64,000 bases of DNA from an uncultured Chlorobiaceae bacterium (GCA_964410105.1 CAYPFY010000003.1:16754-80753), one strand, 5' to 3'; numbered from the stretch's first letter, positions 19,769 to 29,847 are shown. Numbers and translations: made by a program. Notes: generated by a model not told the origin, from the sequence alone.

Positions 19769-20283
19769 GCTTCTACGACGCGATTTTCTATTTCTTCGCC
19801 GCCGTGACCCTTGCATCGGGCGCCATCGTGGTTTTCACCAGGAATATTGTCTACTCAGCGTTCGCGCTTCTCTTTACATTTTTCGGGGTCGCCGGCCTCT
19901 ATGTCCTCCTCAATGCGGACTTCATCGCCGTGGCCCAGCTGCTGATCTACGTCGGCGGCATCCTCGTCCTTTTGATCTTCGGCGTCATGCTCACCCACAA
20001 GGTGGTGAGCGTCGAGATGAAGACGGGCACCCTGCAGACACTTCCCGCCTCCATCCTCGTCGCCATGACCGCAGGCTCGCTCTGCGGCGTCTTCTATGTC
20101 ACCGACTGGAAAATTGTCCGGGGCCTCCGGGAACCCGCCGCGACGGCCGGTTCGCTGGGAGAGATGTTCATGACCTCCTATGTTCTCCCGTTCGAGGTCG
20201 CTTCGGTCGCGCTCCTCGTCGCCCTTCTCGGCGCCGCCATGATCGCGCGAAAAGTTCCCCGAAATATTTCCCGGGGGACCTGA
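19765..20283 (+). CDS. nuoJ: NADH-quinone oxidoreductase subunit J
   Basis: 172 aa and hydrophobic. Its position and the motif LIYVGGILVLLIFGVML fit NuoJ. Confidence 0.8.
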   Translation: MSFYDAIFYFFAAVTLASGAIVVFTRNIVYSAFALLFTFFGVAGLYVLLNADFIAVAQLLIYVGGILVLLIFGVMLTHKVVSVEMKTGTLQTLPASILVAMTAGSLCGVFYVTDWKIVRGLREPAATAGSLGEMFMTSYVLPFEVASVALLVALLGAAMIARKVPRNISRGT

Positions 20284-20284
20284 T

Positions 20285-20593
20285 ATGGAGGTCGGACTCA
20301 CTCATTATCTCTTCCTGAGCGCAATTCTCTTCTCCCTCGGGATCTACGGCATCATTACCCGGCGGAACGCGATCATGGTTCTCATGGGGATCGAGCTGGT
20401 GCTGAATGCGTCCAATATCAACTTTATCGCCTTCTCCCGGTTCGGGGGGATGCGGCTCGACGGCCAGGCGATCGCCGTGTTTGTCATCATTCTCGCCGCC
20501 GCCGAAGCCGCCATAGCCCTAGCGATCGTCCTCCATATCTATCAGAAATTCCATACGGTGAACGTGGATGAAGTCAGCAAACTGAAGGAGTGA
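20285..20593 (+). CDS. nuoK: NADH-quinone oxidoreductase subunit K
   Basis: 102 aa. The protein contains LFSLGIYGIITRRNAIMVLMGIELVLNASNINFIAFS, which is the NuoK/ND4L signature. Confidence 0.9.
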   Translation: MEVGLTHYLFLSAILFSLGIYGIITRRNAIMVLMGIELVLNASNINFIAFSRFGGMRLDGQAIAVFVIILAAAEAAIALAIVLHIYQKFHTVNVDEVSKLKE

Positions 20594-20594
20594 A

Positions 20595-22829
20595 ATGTTG
20601 GAGCTTCTTGTCCGATCGTCCATCCTCGTCCTCCTGCTCCCGCTCCTGAGCTTTCTCACCCTGATTTTCCTGGGCAAGAAACTCTCCCGGGGAGGGGACT
20701 GGCTCGCCACGGCAAGCCTCTTCGCCGCCCTCGCCCTCTCGGCGATCGTCCTCGTCGGAAAACTTTCCATCGAGAAGCCGGTCGTCTTCACCTTTCCCTG
20801 GATCGATTTCGGAGCCCTCCCGGGCGGAGCCCCCTTCGAGGTGTTCCTCGGGCTCACGATCGATAATCTGTCGGCCATCATGATGCTCGTCGTGACGCTG
20901 GTGAGCTCCCTCGTTCACCTCTTTTCGATAGGGTATATGCACGGGGACGTCCGCTACTCGCGATATTTCGCGTTTCTCGGCCTCTTCACGTTCTCGATGC
21001 TGGTGATCGTGCTGACGAGTAATTTTTTCACGATGTACGTGGGCTGGGAACTCGTCGGTCTGAGCTCCTACCTCCTCATCGGACACTGGTATGAGAAAAA
21101 ATCCGCGGCCGATGCGTCGAAGAAGGCCTTCATCGTCAATAGGATAGGGGATATCGGCATGTTCACCGGCATCCTTATCCTGTATCATACATTCCGCACC
21201 TTCGGCTTCGCGGAGATTTTCTCCGCCATCCGCGGTGGACAGCTTCCGATGGGAAGCGAGTCGTGGCTTACCGCCGCCGGGATTCTCATTTTTTGCGGAG
21301 CCGTAGGCAAGTCCGCGCAATTCCCCCTCCACGTCTGGCTTCCGGACGCCATGGAGGGCCCTACCCCGGTGAGCGCCCTCATCCATGCCGCCACGATGGT
21401 CGCCGCAGGCGTTTACCTCGTCGCTCGCACCTTCCCCATCATGACCGGAACCGCCCTGACCGTCATCGCCTACATCGGAGCCATCACCGCCTTCATCTCC
21501 GCGACGATCGCAATCGCACAGAATGACATCAAAAAAGTTCTTGCATATTCGACGATATCGCAGCTCGGCTATATGATCATGGGGCTCGGCGTCGGCGCCT
21601 ATACGGCCGGCTTCTTCCACCTCGCCACCCACGCCATGTTCAAGGCCGGGCTCTTCCTGGGCTCAGGCTCCGTCATCCACGCCATGCACCATGCCCTCGG
21701 CCACGAAGGGCATACGGATCCCCAGGATATCCGGAATATGGGGGGCCTCAGGAAGAAGATGCCGGTGACTTTTACGACATTTTTGATCTACACCCTCGCG
21801 ATCAGCGGAGTTCCGCTTACCTCGGGATTCCTCAGCAAGGACTCGATCCTTGCCGGAACCCTCGCCTTCGCACATCTCACCGGCCATACTCTCATTCCCG
21901 TCGTGGGTTTCGGCGTCGCCGGGCTGACCGCGTTCTATATGTTCCGTCTGGTCATTCTGACTTTTTTCGGGAACCATGCCGATGAACACCGGTCGGAATC
22001 TCTTAAAGAATCTCCTCAGACGATGACGATTCCGCTCATAATCTTTGCCGCCCTGAGTCTTTTCGTTTTCTTTTCCTCCGATCCGATGGATGCATCGCAA
22101 GGGTGGTTCGCACGCGCCGTCGAAAGGCCGCTCTCGGTTGTTCCCGAGACTGCCCGCGCCGCCGGCATCGAGGTCTTCGAAGAGGCCCACCATGCCGCCC
22201 ACTCGACGGCCATGGTTCTCTCCCTCGCCGTCGCAGGGTTCGGGTTTCTTCTCTCCTTCCTGACCTCCTCCTGGAAGACCTTCAGCGCCGACCGGTGGGC
22301 CGAGAGGTTCGGGGCAGTTCACACGTTTTTGGCGAACAAGTGGTATTTCGACGAGCTCTACGGCGCCGTGGTCGTCGGAGGCACTCTCGCCATCACGCGC
22401 ATGTGCCGCTGGTTCGATACCTATGTCGTCGATGCGATCGTGAACGGCACCGCAAGCTGGACCCGGGCGATCGTCTTCGGATACGGCGAACATTCGCACG
22501 ATAAGAAGTTCAGCGCCGCAGCTTTCATGGCCCTGAGCATCGCGGCAGCCCTCGGCGTCGCGGTCTGGACCGGCCAGTGGTTCTGGTCACAGGGTTCCTA
22601 TATCAGCGCCTTCAGCATGCCGCTCCTTACCGGCGCCCTCACCTTTTTCTTCTTCTTCTCGGGCGTGGGAGGATTTGATAAGTATGTGGTCGACGGGGCG
22701 GTCAACGGGGTTGCGTATTTTTCGGGGTTTTTCGGGATCCTCATGCGAAAACTTCAGACCGGAAGGGTGCAGTCCTATATCCTCTTCGTCCTTCTCGGCG
22801 TGATGATCCTTTTTTACATTTTTCGTTGA
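20595..22829 (+). CDS. nuoL: NADH-quinone oxidoreductase subunit L
   Basis: 744 aa. It is an antiporter-like subunit with a long C-terminal extension. Motifs WLPDAMEGPTPVSALIHAATMV are present. Confidence 0.9.
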   Translation: MLELLVRSSILVLLLPLLSFLTLIFLGKKLSRGGDWLATASLFAALALSAIVLVGKLSIEKPVVFTFPWIDFGALPGGAPFEVFLGLTIDNLSAIMMLVVTLVSSLVHLFSIGYMHGDVRYSRYFAFLGLFTFSMLVIVLTSNFFTMYVGWELVGLSSYLLIGHWYEKKSAADASKKAFIVNRIGDIGMFTGILILYHTFRTFGFAEIFSAIRGGQLPMGSESWLTAAGILIFCGAVGKSAQFPLHVWLPDAMEGPTPVSALIHAATMVAAGVYLVARTFPIMTGTALTVIAYIGAITAFISATIAIAQNDIKKVLAYSTISQLGYMIMGLGVGAYTAGFFHLATHAMFKAGLFLGSGSVIHAMHHALGHEGHTDPQDIRNMGGLRKKMPVTFTTFLIYTLAISGVPLTSGFLSKDSILAGTLAFAHLTGHTLIPVVGFGVAGLTAFYMFRLVILTFFGNHADEHRSESLKESPQTMTIPLIIFAALSLFVFFSSDPMDASQGWFARAVERPLSVVPETARAAGIEVFEEAHHAAHSTAMVLSLAVAGFGFLLSFLTSSWKTFSADRWAERFGAVHTFLANKWYFDELYGAVVVGGTLAITRMCRWFDTYVVDAIVNGTASWTRAIVFGYGEHSHDKKFSAAAFMALSIAAALGVAVWTGQWFWSQGSYISAFSMPLLTGALTFFFFFSGVGGFDKYVVDGAVNGVAYFSGFFGILMRKLQTGRVQSYILFVLLGVMILFYIFR

Positions 22830-22851
22830 ATTGAATTTTTAAGGAGCGACA

Positions 22852-24444
22852 ATGGTCTTCGGAATTCTCACGTGGCTGACGTTCCTGCCGATCGCAGGGA
22901 TGGTCATCGTTCTGCTCCTGCCGAAGGAGCGGCTCGACACTATACGGTGGACCTCGGCCTTCGTCGCCGGGGCCCAGGTCATCCTCGCCGCCATCGTCTG
23001 CCTGAACTTCAACCGGGGGATGGGCGGGATCAACACCGCCGAGGGCTTTCAGTTCATCGAAAAAGCCACCTGGATCGACGTCAAGTCGGTCGCATGGTTC
23101 GGCCGGGTCCATATCGATTATTTCCTGGGGATCGACGGCCTCAGCGTCCTCATGGTGATCCTCACCGCCCTCATTTCGTTCATCGCCGTCTTCGCCTCCT
23201 GGGGGATCCAGAAGTCGGTCAAAGGCTATTTTGCACTGCTCCTGCTGCTCGATGCCGGGATGATGGGGGTGTTCGTCTCCCTCGACTTTTTCCTCTTCTA
23301 CGTTTTCTGGGAGCTGATGCTTCTGCCGATGTACTTCCTCATCGGCGTTTGGGGGGGACCCCGCCGCGAATACGCCGCCATAAAATTCTTCATCTATACT
23401 CTCTTCGGGTCGGTGCTGATGCTCCTTGCGCTTCTGGCCTTGTATTTCAGCGTCTCCGTCGCTGACCCCGCCACAGGGGAGAGGATTCATACCTTTAATA
23501 TGCTCGCCATGATGAACCCGGCCAACTATGACCCCGGCTCCATACTGGCCGGGATCAATACGTCGTGGCGCTACCTCGCCTTCATCGCCCTTTTCATCGG
23601 GTTCGCCATCAAAGTGCCCATCTTCCCGTTCCATACCTGGCTGCCCGATGCTCACGTCGAAGCGCCGACGGCGATCAGCGTGATCCTCGCCGGAGTTCTG
23701 CTCAAGATGGGGACCTACGGGCTTCTGCGCGTAAGCTTCCCGATGTTTCCCGACGCCACCGTCCATTACCAGGTGCCCCTCGCCATCCTGGCTTTCATCA
23801 ATATCGTCTACGGGGCTCTCTGCGCCATGGCGCAGGATGATTTCAAGAAACTGATCGCCTACTCAAGCATAAGCCATATGGGCGTGGTTCTTCTGGGCAT
23901 GGCCGCGCTCAATACGCAGGGGATCACCGGGGCGGTGTTCCAGATGTTCAATCACGGCACCATCACCGCCATGCTCTTTCTTATCGTCGGGGTCATCTAC
24001 GACCGCGCCCATACCCGCGGCCTCGACGATTTCGGGGGGCTCATGAACCAGATGCCGAGATACTCAGGCATCATGACCGTGGCATTCTTCGCGGCGCTCG
24101 GTCTGCCGGGCCTGAGCGGCTTCATCAGCGAGGCTTTTTCGTTCCTGGGGGCGTTTCAGGCCGAATCGATCCGCACGATCACGATCGCATCGACCGTCGG
24201 GATCGTCCTCACGGCAGCCTATATGCTGTGGACTCTCCAGCGGGTTTTCCTCGGCAGCCTGCCCGATAAGTGGAAGTCGCTGCCCGATATCAACGGCCGG
24301 GAATTGTTCACGCTCGTCCCGCTGGCCGTCATCGTAATTTTTCTGGGGATCTACCCCGCGCCGGCCATTAACCTGATGAGCTCCGCCGTCAATACCCTGG
24401 TCGATGTGGTCGGAAAAAGCGGCGGGATGGCCCTTGGACGCTGA
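22852..24444 (+). CDS. nuoM: NADH-quinone oxidoreductase subunit M
   Basis: 530 aa. The protein contains FPFHTWLPDAHVEAPTAISVILAGVLLKMG. Confidence 0.9.
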   Translation: MVFGILTWLTFLPIAGMVIVLLLPKERLDTIRWTSAFVAGAQVILAAIVCLNFNRGMGGINTAEGFQFIEKATWIDVKSVAWFGRVHIDYFLGIDGLSVLMVILTALISFIAVFASWGIQKSVKGYFALLLLLDAGMMGVFVSLDFFLFYVFWELMLLPMYFLIGVWGGPRREYAAIKFFIYTLFGSVLMLLALLALYFSVSVADPATGERIHTFNMLAMMNPANYDPGSILAGINTSWRYLAFIALFIGFAIKVPIFPFHTWLPDAHVEAPTAISVILAGVLLKMGTYGLLRVSFPMFPDATVHYQVPLAILAFINIVYGALCAMAQDDFKKLIAYSSISHMGVVLLGMAALNTQGITGAVFQMFNHGTITAMLFLIVGVIYDRAHTRGLDDFGGLMNQMPRYSGIMTVAFFAALGLPGLSGFISEAFSFLGAFQAESIRTITIASTVGIVLTAAYMLWTLQRVFLGSLPDKWKSLPDINGRELFTLVPLAVIVIFLGIYPAPAINLMSSAVNTLVDVVGKSGGMALGR

Positions 24445-25928
24445 TGCTCGAACAGATCACACATAGCACGAGGCTTTTCCTCCCCGAGACGATCCTGGGC
24501 GCAACTCTCTGCGCGATCATCCTGGCGGATCTTCTCGGAATAAGGAGGACCGCGTGGCTCGCCCTTGGCGGGATCGCCGCCGCCGCATGGTTTGTCCTCA
24601 AACAAGTCTCCCTCGCGCCGAATTCGATTTTTTCGAACATGGTCGCCGTCGATCCCTTTTCGGTCTTCTTCCGCATCGTCATATTGGGAACAAGCGCCCT
24701 CATCGTGATCTTTTCAATCCAGGCGAGCGAGCTGAAGTCGAAAAATCTGGCCGAATACTTTGCCCTCATCATGTCGCTCACGCTGGGCATGATGCTTATG
24801 GCCGGCGCCAGCAATCTGCTGATGATGTATCTCTCCCTGGAACTCACAAGCCTCAGTTCGTATGTCCTGGCCGGGTTCACAAAGGAGGCCGATGACTCAA
24901 GCGAGGCGTCGCTCAAATACGTGATCTACGGAGCCGTGTCTTCCGGAATGATGCTCTACGGCATCTCCATCCTGTACGGGCTCACCGGAGCGGTCGATAT
25001 CTACGGGATCAACCGGGCCCTCCTGACCACCGATATCAACCCCGTCGCCCTCATCATCGCGGGAATTCTGGTCGTCGCCGGCTTCGGCTATAAGATTTCC
25101 GCGGCGCCGTTCCATTTCTGGACGCCCGACGTCTATGAGGGAGCCCCGATCACAATCACGGCATTTCTATCGGTCGCATCGAAGGCCGCCGGGTTTGCCA
25201 TGATGATCCGGTTCTTCAAAGTCTCCTTCCTCGACCCCGCCATCGGCAACCTCGCTCTCGGCTCCTGGGCTTCCTTCCGCGGGTTCGAATGGAACCAGAT
25301 CCTCGCCATGCTCTCCGTCCTGACGATGATCCTGGGGAATCTCGTCGCCATCTGGCAGAAAAACCTGAAACGCCTCCTCGCCTACTCGAGCATCGCCCAC
25401 GCGGGCACGATGCTCATGGCCGTCGTGGTGCTCTCCAACGAGGGGATCGCGGCGGTGCTCATTTACTTCGTCGTCTATCTCTTCATGAACCTCGGGGCGT
25501 TTTACCTCGTGATGCTCATCGCGAATAAGATCGGAAGCGAGGATATCGATCACTATAAAGGCCTCGGCGCACGCTCGCCGTTTGCCTGCGTCGCGATGAC
25601 GGTCTTTCTTCTCTCCCTCACCGGCATTCCCCCCACCGCCGGCTTCGTCGGAAAGCTGTATGTGTTCGCCGCGCTCATCAATGCGAAATGGTTCTGGCTG
25701 GCCCTCGTCGGAGTGCTCAACGGCGTCGTATCGCTTTATTATTACGTCAGGATCGTGCGCAATATGTTCCTGCGAGGCGACGACGCGCCCGGCCCCCCGG
25801 TCGAATTCTCTTTCCTTGAAATCTCCCTCGTGCTTGTCCTTCTGGTGCCGACCCTCCTATTGGGGCTCTATTTCGGCCCCCTGGTCGAATTCGCCCAGGC
25901 CTCGGTCGCCATGTTCGGCGTCCGCTGA
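24444..25928 (+). CDS. nuoN: NADH-quinone oxidoreductase subunit N
   Basis: 494 aa. The protein contains ISAAPFHFWTPDVYEGAPITITAFLSVASK. It is the last gene of the operon. Confidence 0.9.
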   Translation: MLEQITHSTRLFLPETILGATLCAIILADLLGIRRTAWLALGGIAAAAWFVLKQVSLAPNSIFSNMVAVDPFSVFFRIVILGTSALIVIFSIQASELKSKNLAEYFALIMSLTLGMMLMAGASNLLMMYLSLELTSLSSYVLAGFTKEADDSSEASLKYVIYGAVSSGMMLYGISILYGLTGAVDIYGINRALLTTDINPVALIIAGILVVAGFGYKISAAPFHFWTPDVYEGAPITITAFLSVASKAAGFAMMIRFFKVSFLDPAIGNLALGSWASFRGFEWNQILAMLSVLTMILGNLVAIWQKNLKRLLAYSSIAHAGTMLMAVVVLSNEGIAAVLIYFVVYLFMNLGAFYLVMLIANKIGSEDIDHYKGLGARSPFACVAMTVFLLSLTGIPPTAGFVGKLYVFAALINAKWFWLALVGVLNGVVSLYYYVRIVRNMFLRGDDAPGPPVEFSFLEISLVLVLLVPTLLLGLYFGPLVEFAQASVAMFGVR

Positions 25929-25997
25929 GCCCCTCCGCCCTGCCCCCTCCACGGTCCGGATTGACGTTAAGGGGAATATTTTGTAGTTTTTTTTACA

Positions 25998-26717
25998 ATG
26001 CCGAAGAAAGCGAACCAGGAGAGCCGCCCCCTCCCGGCCCAGCACGCCTCCATCCTCGTCGTCGAGGATGAACGCCACCTCGCGGATTCCGTCGCGCGGC
26101 GGCTGCAGGAGGAGGGTTATGCGGTCGATATCGCCCACGACGGGGAAGAGGGGTTCCAGCTCGCCAGCACGAAAAAATATGACCTCATCATCCTCGATCT
26201 CCTTTTGCCGCGCAAGGATGGTTTGCATGTCCTCAGGGAACTGAGGCGCAACAAAGTCCAGAGCATGGTGCTCGTCCTGACGGCGAAAAGCACGATCGAG
26301 GACCGGGTCGAAGGGCTGCGAGGCGGGGCCGATGACTATCTCTCAAAACCCTTCGCCTTCGCCGAGCTGGTCGCCCGGGTCGAAACTCTGCTCCGCCGCC
26401 ACGGCGCCGAGCAGAACACGGTGCTCCGTGTCGCCGACCTCGAGCTCGATATCGACACCCGGCACGTCCGCCGCGCGAGCCGGAATATTCACCTCACCGC
26501 AAAGGAGTTCCTTCTTTTAGAACTTCTCATGCGCAATAAGAACCGGATCATGACCCGCCGCGCTATCGCCGAACAGGTGTGGGGTTATAATTTCGAGACC
26601 GGCACCAACGTCGTCGACGTGTATGTCAACTACCTCCGGAAGGCGGTCGACGAGGGTTTTCCACGGAGACTGATCCATACGATCCGCGGGGTGGGCTTCA
26701 TCCTCAAGGAGGAGTAA
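25998..26717 (+). CDS. OmpR-family response regulator (receiver + winged-helix DNA-binding domain)
   Basis: The receiver domain has the phospho-acceptor Asp in LIILDLLLP and the conserved LTAKS and ADDYLSKPF blocks. The C-terminal winged helix includes RIMTRRAIAEQVWGYNFE...VDVYVNYLRKAV. Confidence 0.9.
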   Translation: MPKKANQESRPLPAQHASILVVEDERHLADSVARRLQEEGYAVDIAHDGEEGFQLASTKKYDLIILDLLLPRKDGLHVLRELRRNKVQSMVLVLTAKSTIEDRVEGLRGGADDYLSKPFAFAELVARVETLLRRHGAEQNTVLRVADLELDIDTRHVRRASRNIHLTAKEFLLLELLMRNKNRIMTRRAIAEQVWGYNFETGTNVVDVYVNYLRKAVDEGFPRRLIHTIRGVGFILKEE

Positions 26718-28091
26718 GTGCTTCGCTCGGTCCGATCCCGCCTCACCCTCTGGTTCACCGTGGTTTTCGCCGTCTCCTTTCTCCTCGTTTCCGTTCTCAT
26801 CTATGAGTATATCAGCACGATACTCTCCGATTCCCTCAACCAGGCGCTGACACGGGAGACGATGTGGCTGGCGGCACGCATGGAGCGCTCAACCGAGAGG
26901 AATGAGCCGAGGAGCGAAGTGCAGGATGAGATTTTCGAGCACGCCGCGTTTTATCCGGAAAAGGAGTATATCGAAATCTGGGACGACAGCGGGAAGATTT
27001 TTTATCATTCCATGAATCTCGGGAAGGTCGATACCCTGCTGAGCCACATCCCCCCGTCGAATACCTCCAGGATCGTGACGGTGCCGAACTTCCACGACCA
27101 GGAGATCCGGATCGCTACCGCTAAGAATGCCGTCGCTACGGTCTACCTCGCCATGCCCACCGACAGCATCACGAGCCCGGTGAGCCACCTCATGCGGATT
27201 TTTGTCTGGATCCTCCCGGTGGTGATTGTCGTCGCCCTTGCCGCGGGGACGTTTTTTGCAAAAAAATCGTTTTCTAAAATCAACGAGGTGGTGAAGGCCG
27301 CCCAGCATATCACGGCCGACCGGCTCGATAACCGCATCCCCCCGCATCATACGGACGACGAGATCGGCCGGGTCATCTCGACATTCAATGAGATGATTTC
27401 ACGGCTGGATGTTTCGTTCGCCCAGATGAAACAGTTCTCCGCCGACGCCTCCCACGAGCTCCGCACACCCCTCACCGTGATGCGCTCCCAGCTCGAAACC
27501 GCCCTCCACAGCGGGGCAAGTCTGGGGGAAATCCGTGAGCTTGTCGCCAATTGCCTCGATGAGGCCCTCCGTATGTCGAGCATCATCGATAACCTCCTCC
27601 TGCTGGCGAAAGGGGACGCGCAGACGATCAGACAGGAGCCCGTGGACCTCCGCCGGCTTCTCAGGATCACCTACGACGAGAGCGTGATCCTCGCCTCCGT
27701 GAAATCGATCGCCGTTACCCTGGAGGCCCCCTGCCACGCAACCGTCAGGGGCGACGAGGAACGCCTGAGGCAGATGCTCTTGAACCTCATCGACAACGCG
27801 ATCAAGTACAGCCCGCCGAACGGGACGATCATGCTGAAGCTGTCACGGGAGGATGGGCGGGCGGCGATCTCCGTGAGGGACCGCGGGATCGGAATCCCTC
27901 CGTCGGAAATCCCGAGAATCTTTGACCGGTTCTACCGCGTGGACCGGGCCCGGTCCCGCGAGCTGGGAGGAGCAGGCCTCGGGCTCTCGATCGCACAATG
28001 GATCGTCCAGGCCCACGGCGGCACGATCGATGTGAAAAGCGATGTCAATTCGGGAAGCCAGTTCACGGTCTTCCTCCCCCTGGCCGCTTAG
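26718..28091 (+). CDS. sensor histidine kinase (two transmembrane segments, periplasmic loop, HAMP, HisKA, HATPase_c)
   Basis: The H-box is ADASHELRTPLTVM. The N-box is LIDNAIKYSPPNG. The G-boxes are RDRGIGIPPSE and GGAGLGLSIAQ. It is translationally adjacent to the response regulator. Confidence 0.9.
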   Translation: MLRSVRSRLTLWFTVVFAVSFLLVSVLIYEYISTILSDSLNQALTRETMWLAARMERSTERNEPRSEVQDEIFEHAAFYPEKEYIEIWDDSGKIFYHSMNLGKVDTLLSHIPPSNTSRIVTVPNFHDQEIRIATAKNAVATVYLAMPTDSITSPVSHLMRIFVWILPVVIVVALAAGTFFAKKSFSKINEVVKAAQHITADRLDNRIPPHHTDDEIGRVISTFNEMISRLDVSFAQMKQFSADASHELRTPLTVMRSQLETALHSGASLGEIRELVANCLDEALRMSSIIDNLLLLAKGDAQTIRQEPVDLRRLLRITYDESVILASVKSIAVTLEAPCHATVRGDEERLRQMLLNLIDNAIKYSPPNGTIMLKLSREDGRAAISVRDRGIGIPPSEIPRIFDRFYRVDRARSRELGGAGLGLSIAQWIVQAHGGTIDVKSDVNSGSQFTVFLPLAA

Positions 28092-28839
28092 CGCTCTTTC
28101 GAACCCGTTCGTAGATCAGCCGCGCCCCCTCCAGGACGAGCAACGGCTCTACATACCTGATCTCATTGCTCATCTCGGCCAGGACCTTCGAAAATCCCCC
28201 CGTCGCGACGACGATAGCGTGCTTCCCCAGAATCCTCTTTATTCTTCTGATCATTCCGTCGGCGGCTTCCACGGCCCCGAACATTATGCCCGATTGCATC
28301 GCCTCCACAGTTCCGGTTCCCAGTATGTTTTCCGGGTACTTGAACGCGACCTCCGGCAATAACGCCCCCCGGCGGAAGAGCTCCGCCGCGGACGTGCCGA
28401 CTCCCGGGGCGATAACGCCGCCGAGGAATTCCCCCTTTTTTGAGATGGCATCGTACGTGGACGCCGTGCCGAAATCAGCGACGATCACCGGCCCGCCATA
28501 TTTCGCGAAAGCCGCCACCGCCGCAGCGATCCTGTCCGCCCCGAGAGCCGCTGCTTCATATTTGATTTGCAGCCCCACCTCAAGCGCCCCGCTGATGATG
28601 ACCGGTTCCTTCCCCAAAAATTTTCTCGACATCCGGACGTAAGCCGCCGTGAGCGCCGGAACGACGCTCGCGATCACGACCCCCTCCACCTGCTTGACCC
28701 GCTGCTCGAGGATGTTGCGCACCCCCGCCCAGATCTCGTCGTCCGTCTGTTCGCGGCTCGTCAGATGCCCCTCGATCAGCGGCTTCCGGAATCCGGCAAG
28801 ACGGGTCCGCGTGTTCCCGATGTCTACGGCCAGGATCAT
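28063..28839 (-). CDS. coaX: type III pantothenate kinase
   Basis: The N-terminus MILAVDIGNTRTRLAGF is the Baf/CoaX signature. Its 3' end overlaps the histidine kinase 3' end by 29 nt, and the two genes are convergent. Confidence 0.85.
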   Translation of the reverse strand: MILAVDIGNTRTRLAGFRKPLIEGHLTSREQTDDEIWAGVRNILEQRVKQVEGVVIASVVPALTAAYVRMSRKFLGKEPVIISGALEVGLQIKYEAAALGADRIAAAVAAFAKYGGPVIVADFGTASTYDAISKKGEFLGGVIAPGVGTSAAELFRRGALLPEVAFKYPENILGTGTVEAMQSGIMFGAVEAADGMIRRIKRILGKHAIVVATGGFSKVLAEMSNEIRYVEPLLVLEGARLIYERVRKSAKRPGGGRP

Positions 28840-29570
28840 GAGATGACCGTGACCTCCCCCGCGTTCACTTTCTGGATGCCGCCCCCGGCTTCAAGCATGA
28901 GCCCACCGTCCTCGGCAAGGCCGGCCGCCTTTCCCTTGAGAACTGTTTCCCCGCTCAAAACCGTGACAACCCTGCCGATCATGGAACTGTAAGAAAGCCA
29001 GCCATCAAGGATGGTCCGGTGATCGCCCTGTTTCAGAGTCGGGTAGAGAGACTCCATCTGCCACAAAATCTCGGCCATGAGGCCGAACCGCTCAAAACTT
29101 TTCCCCGAGTGGAGCGCAAGGGATGTCGCCCCGATGTTTTCGGGAAAACGGGTCTGGTTAACATTGACTCCGATCCCCGCGACGATCTCTCCCGTAAGAT
29201 TTTCGCAGAGAATGCCAGAGAATTTGCCCCCCGCCAGGAGCAGATCGTTCGGCCATTTGCATGTGGGGACGATGCCTGTAAAACATTCAACCGCGCGCGC
29301 GACGGCCAAGGCGGCGTAAAGTGAAAATATTCCAAAATTTTCCGGGGGAATGCCCGGACGCAGTTTTACCGAAAAGGTCAGATTCTTCCCCGGTTCAGAA
29401 TGCCATTTCCGCTGAAATCTGCCGCGGCCCGCCGTTTGCTCCTCGGCAAAGACAACCCCCCCTTCCGGGAGATCGTGAAGCTTCGCATACGTGTTTGTCG
29501 AATCAATCATTTTGAAGAAAACAAGTTTTTTCCCGAACGATCCCTTGATCAGTTTGCTAAACTCTTCCAT
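28836..29570 (-). CDS. birA: biotin--[acetyl-CoA-carboxylase] ligase (no N-terminal HTH domain)
   Basis: The protein contains EQTAGRGRFQRKWHSEPGKNLTFS, which is the BirA catalytic GRGRxxR/W motif. At 244 aa it is shorter than HTH-bearing BirA. Its start overlaps coaX by 4 nt. Confidence 0.85.
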   Translation of the reverse strand: MEEFSKLIKGSFGKKLVFFKMIDSTNTYAKLHDLPEGGVVFAEEQTAGRGRFQRKWHSEPGKNLTFSVKLRPGIPPENFGIFSLYAALAVARAVECFTGIVPTCKWPNDLLLAGGKFSGILCENLTGEIVAGIGVNVNQTRFPENIGATSLALHSGKSFERFGLMAEILWQMESLYPTLKQGDHRTILDGWLSYSSMIGRVVTVLSGETVLKGKAAGLAEDGGLMLEAGGGIQKVNAGEVTVIS

Positions 29571-29847
29571 GGCGATGGGATGGTAGCAAAATAGTCGAGA
29601 AAAGTCAACTGCCTCTGTCAGAAAAGCGGCGGAATGTCAGTGAAATCGCCATTTTCTGACATGCTGACAGAGTCGATGCGTTCCTCAATTAAGGGTCATG
29701 CATAAGAATCCCGGAAAAACGACTGTTTTGGCTGGTAACACAGATACTGGGGGCTGGCACAGGCATTGTAAGAGAAAGTGTGTGGATTTTAAAATCCGGC
29801 CGGCATGCCCGGACGGATTATCGAATTTTTCAAAGGAGAGAAATACA

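Noticed and set aside
29755-29770. Sigma-54-like promoter TGGCAC-N5-TTGTA, 78 nt upstream of dnaK
   Set aside because: The -24 GG element matches, but the highly conserved -12 GC is replaced by GT. No enhancer-binding protein gene is nearby, and sigma-54 control of dnaK would be atypical. This is probably a chance match.
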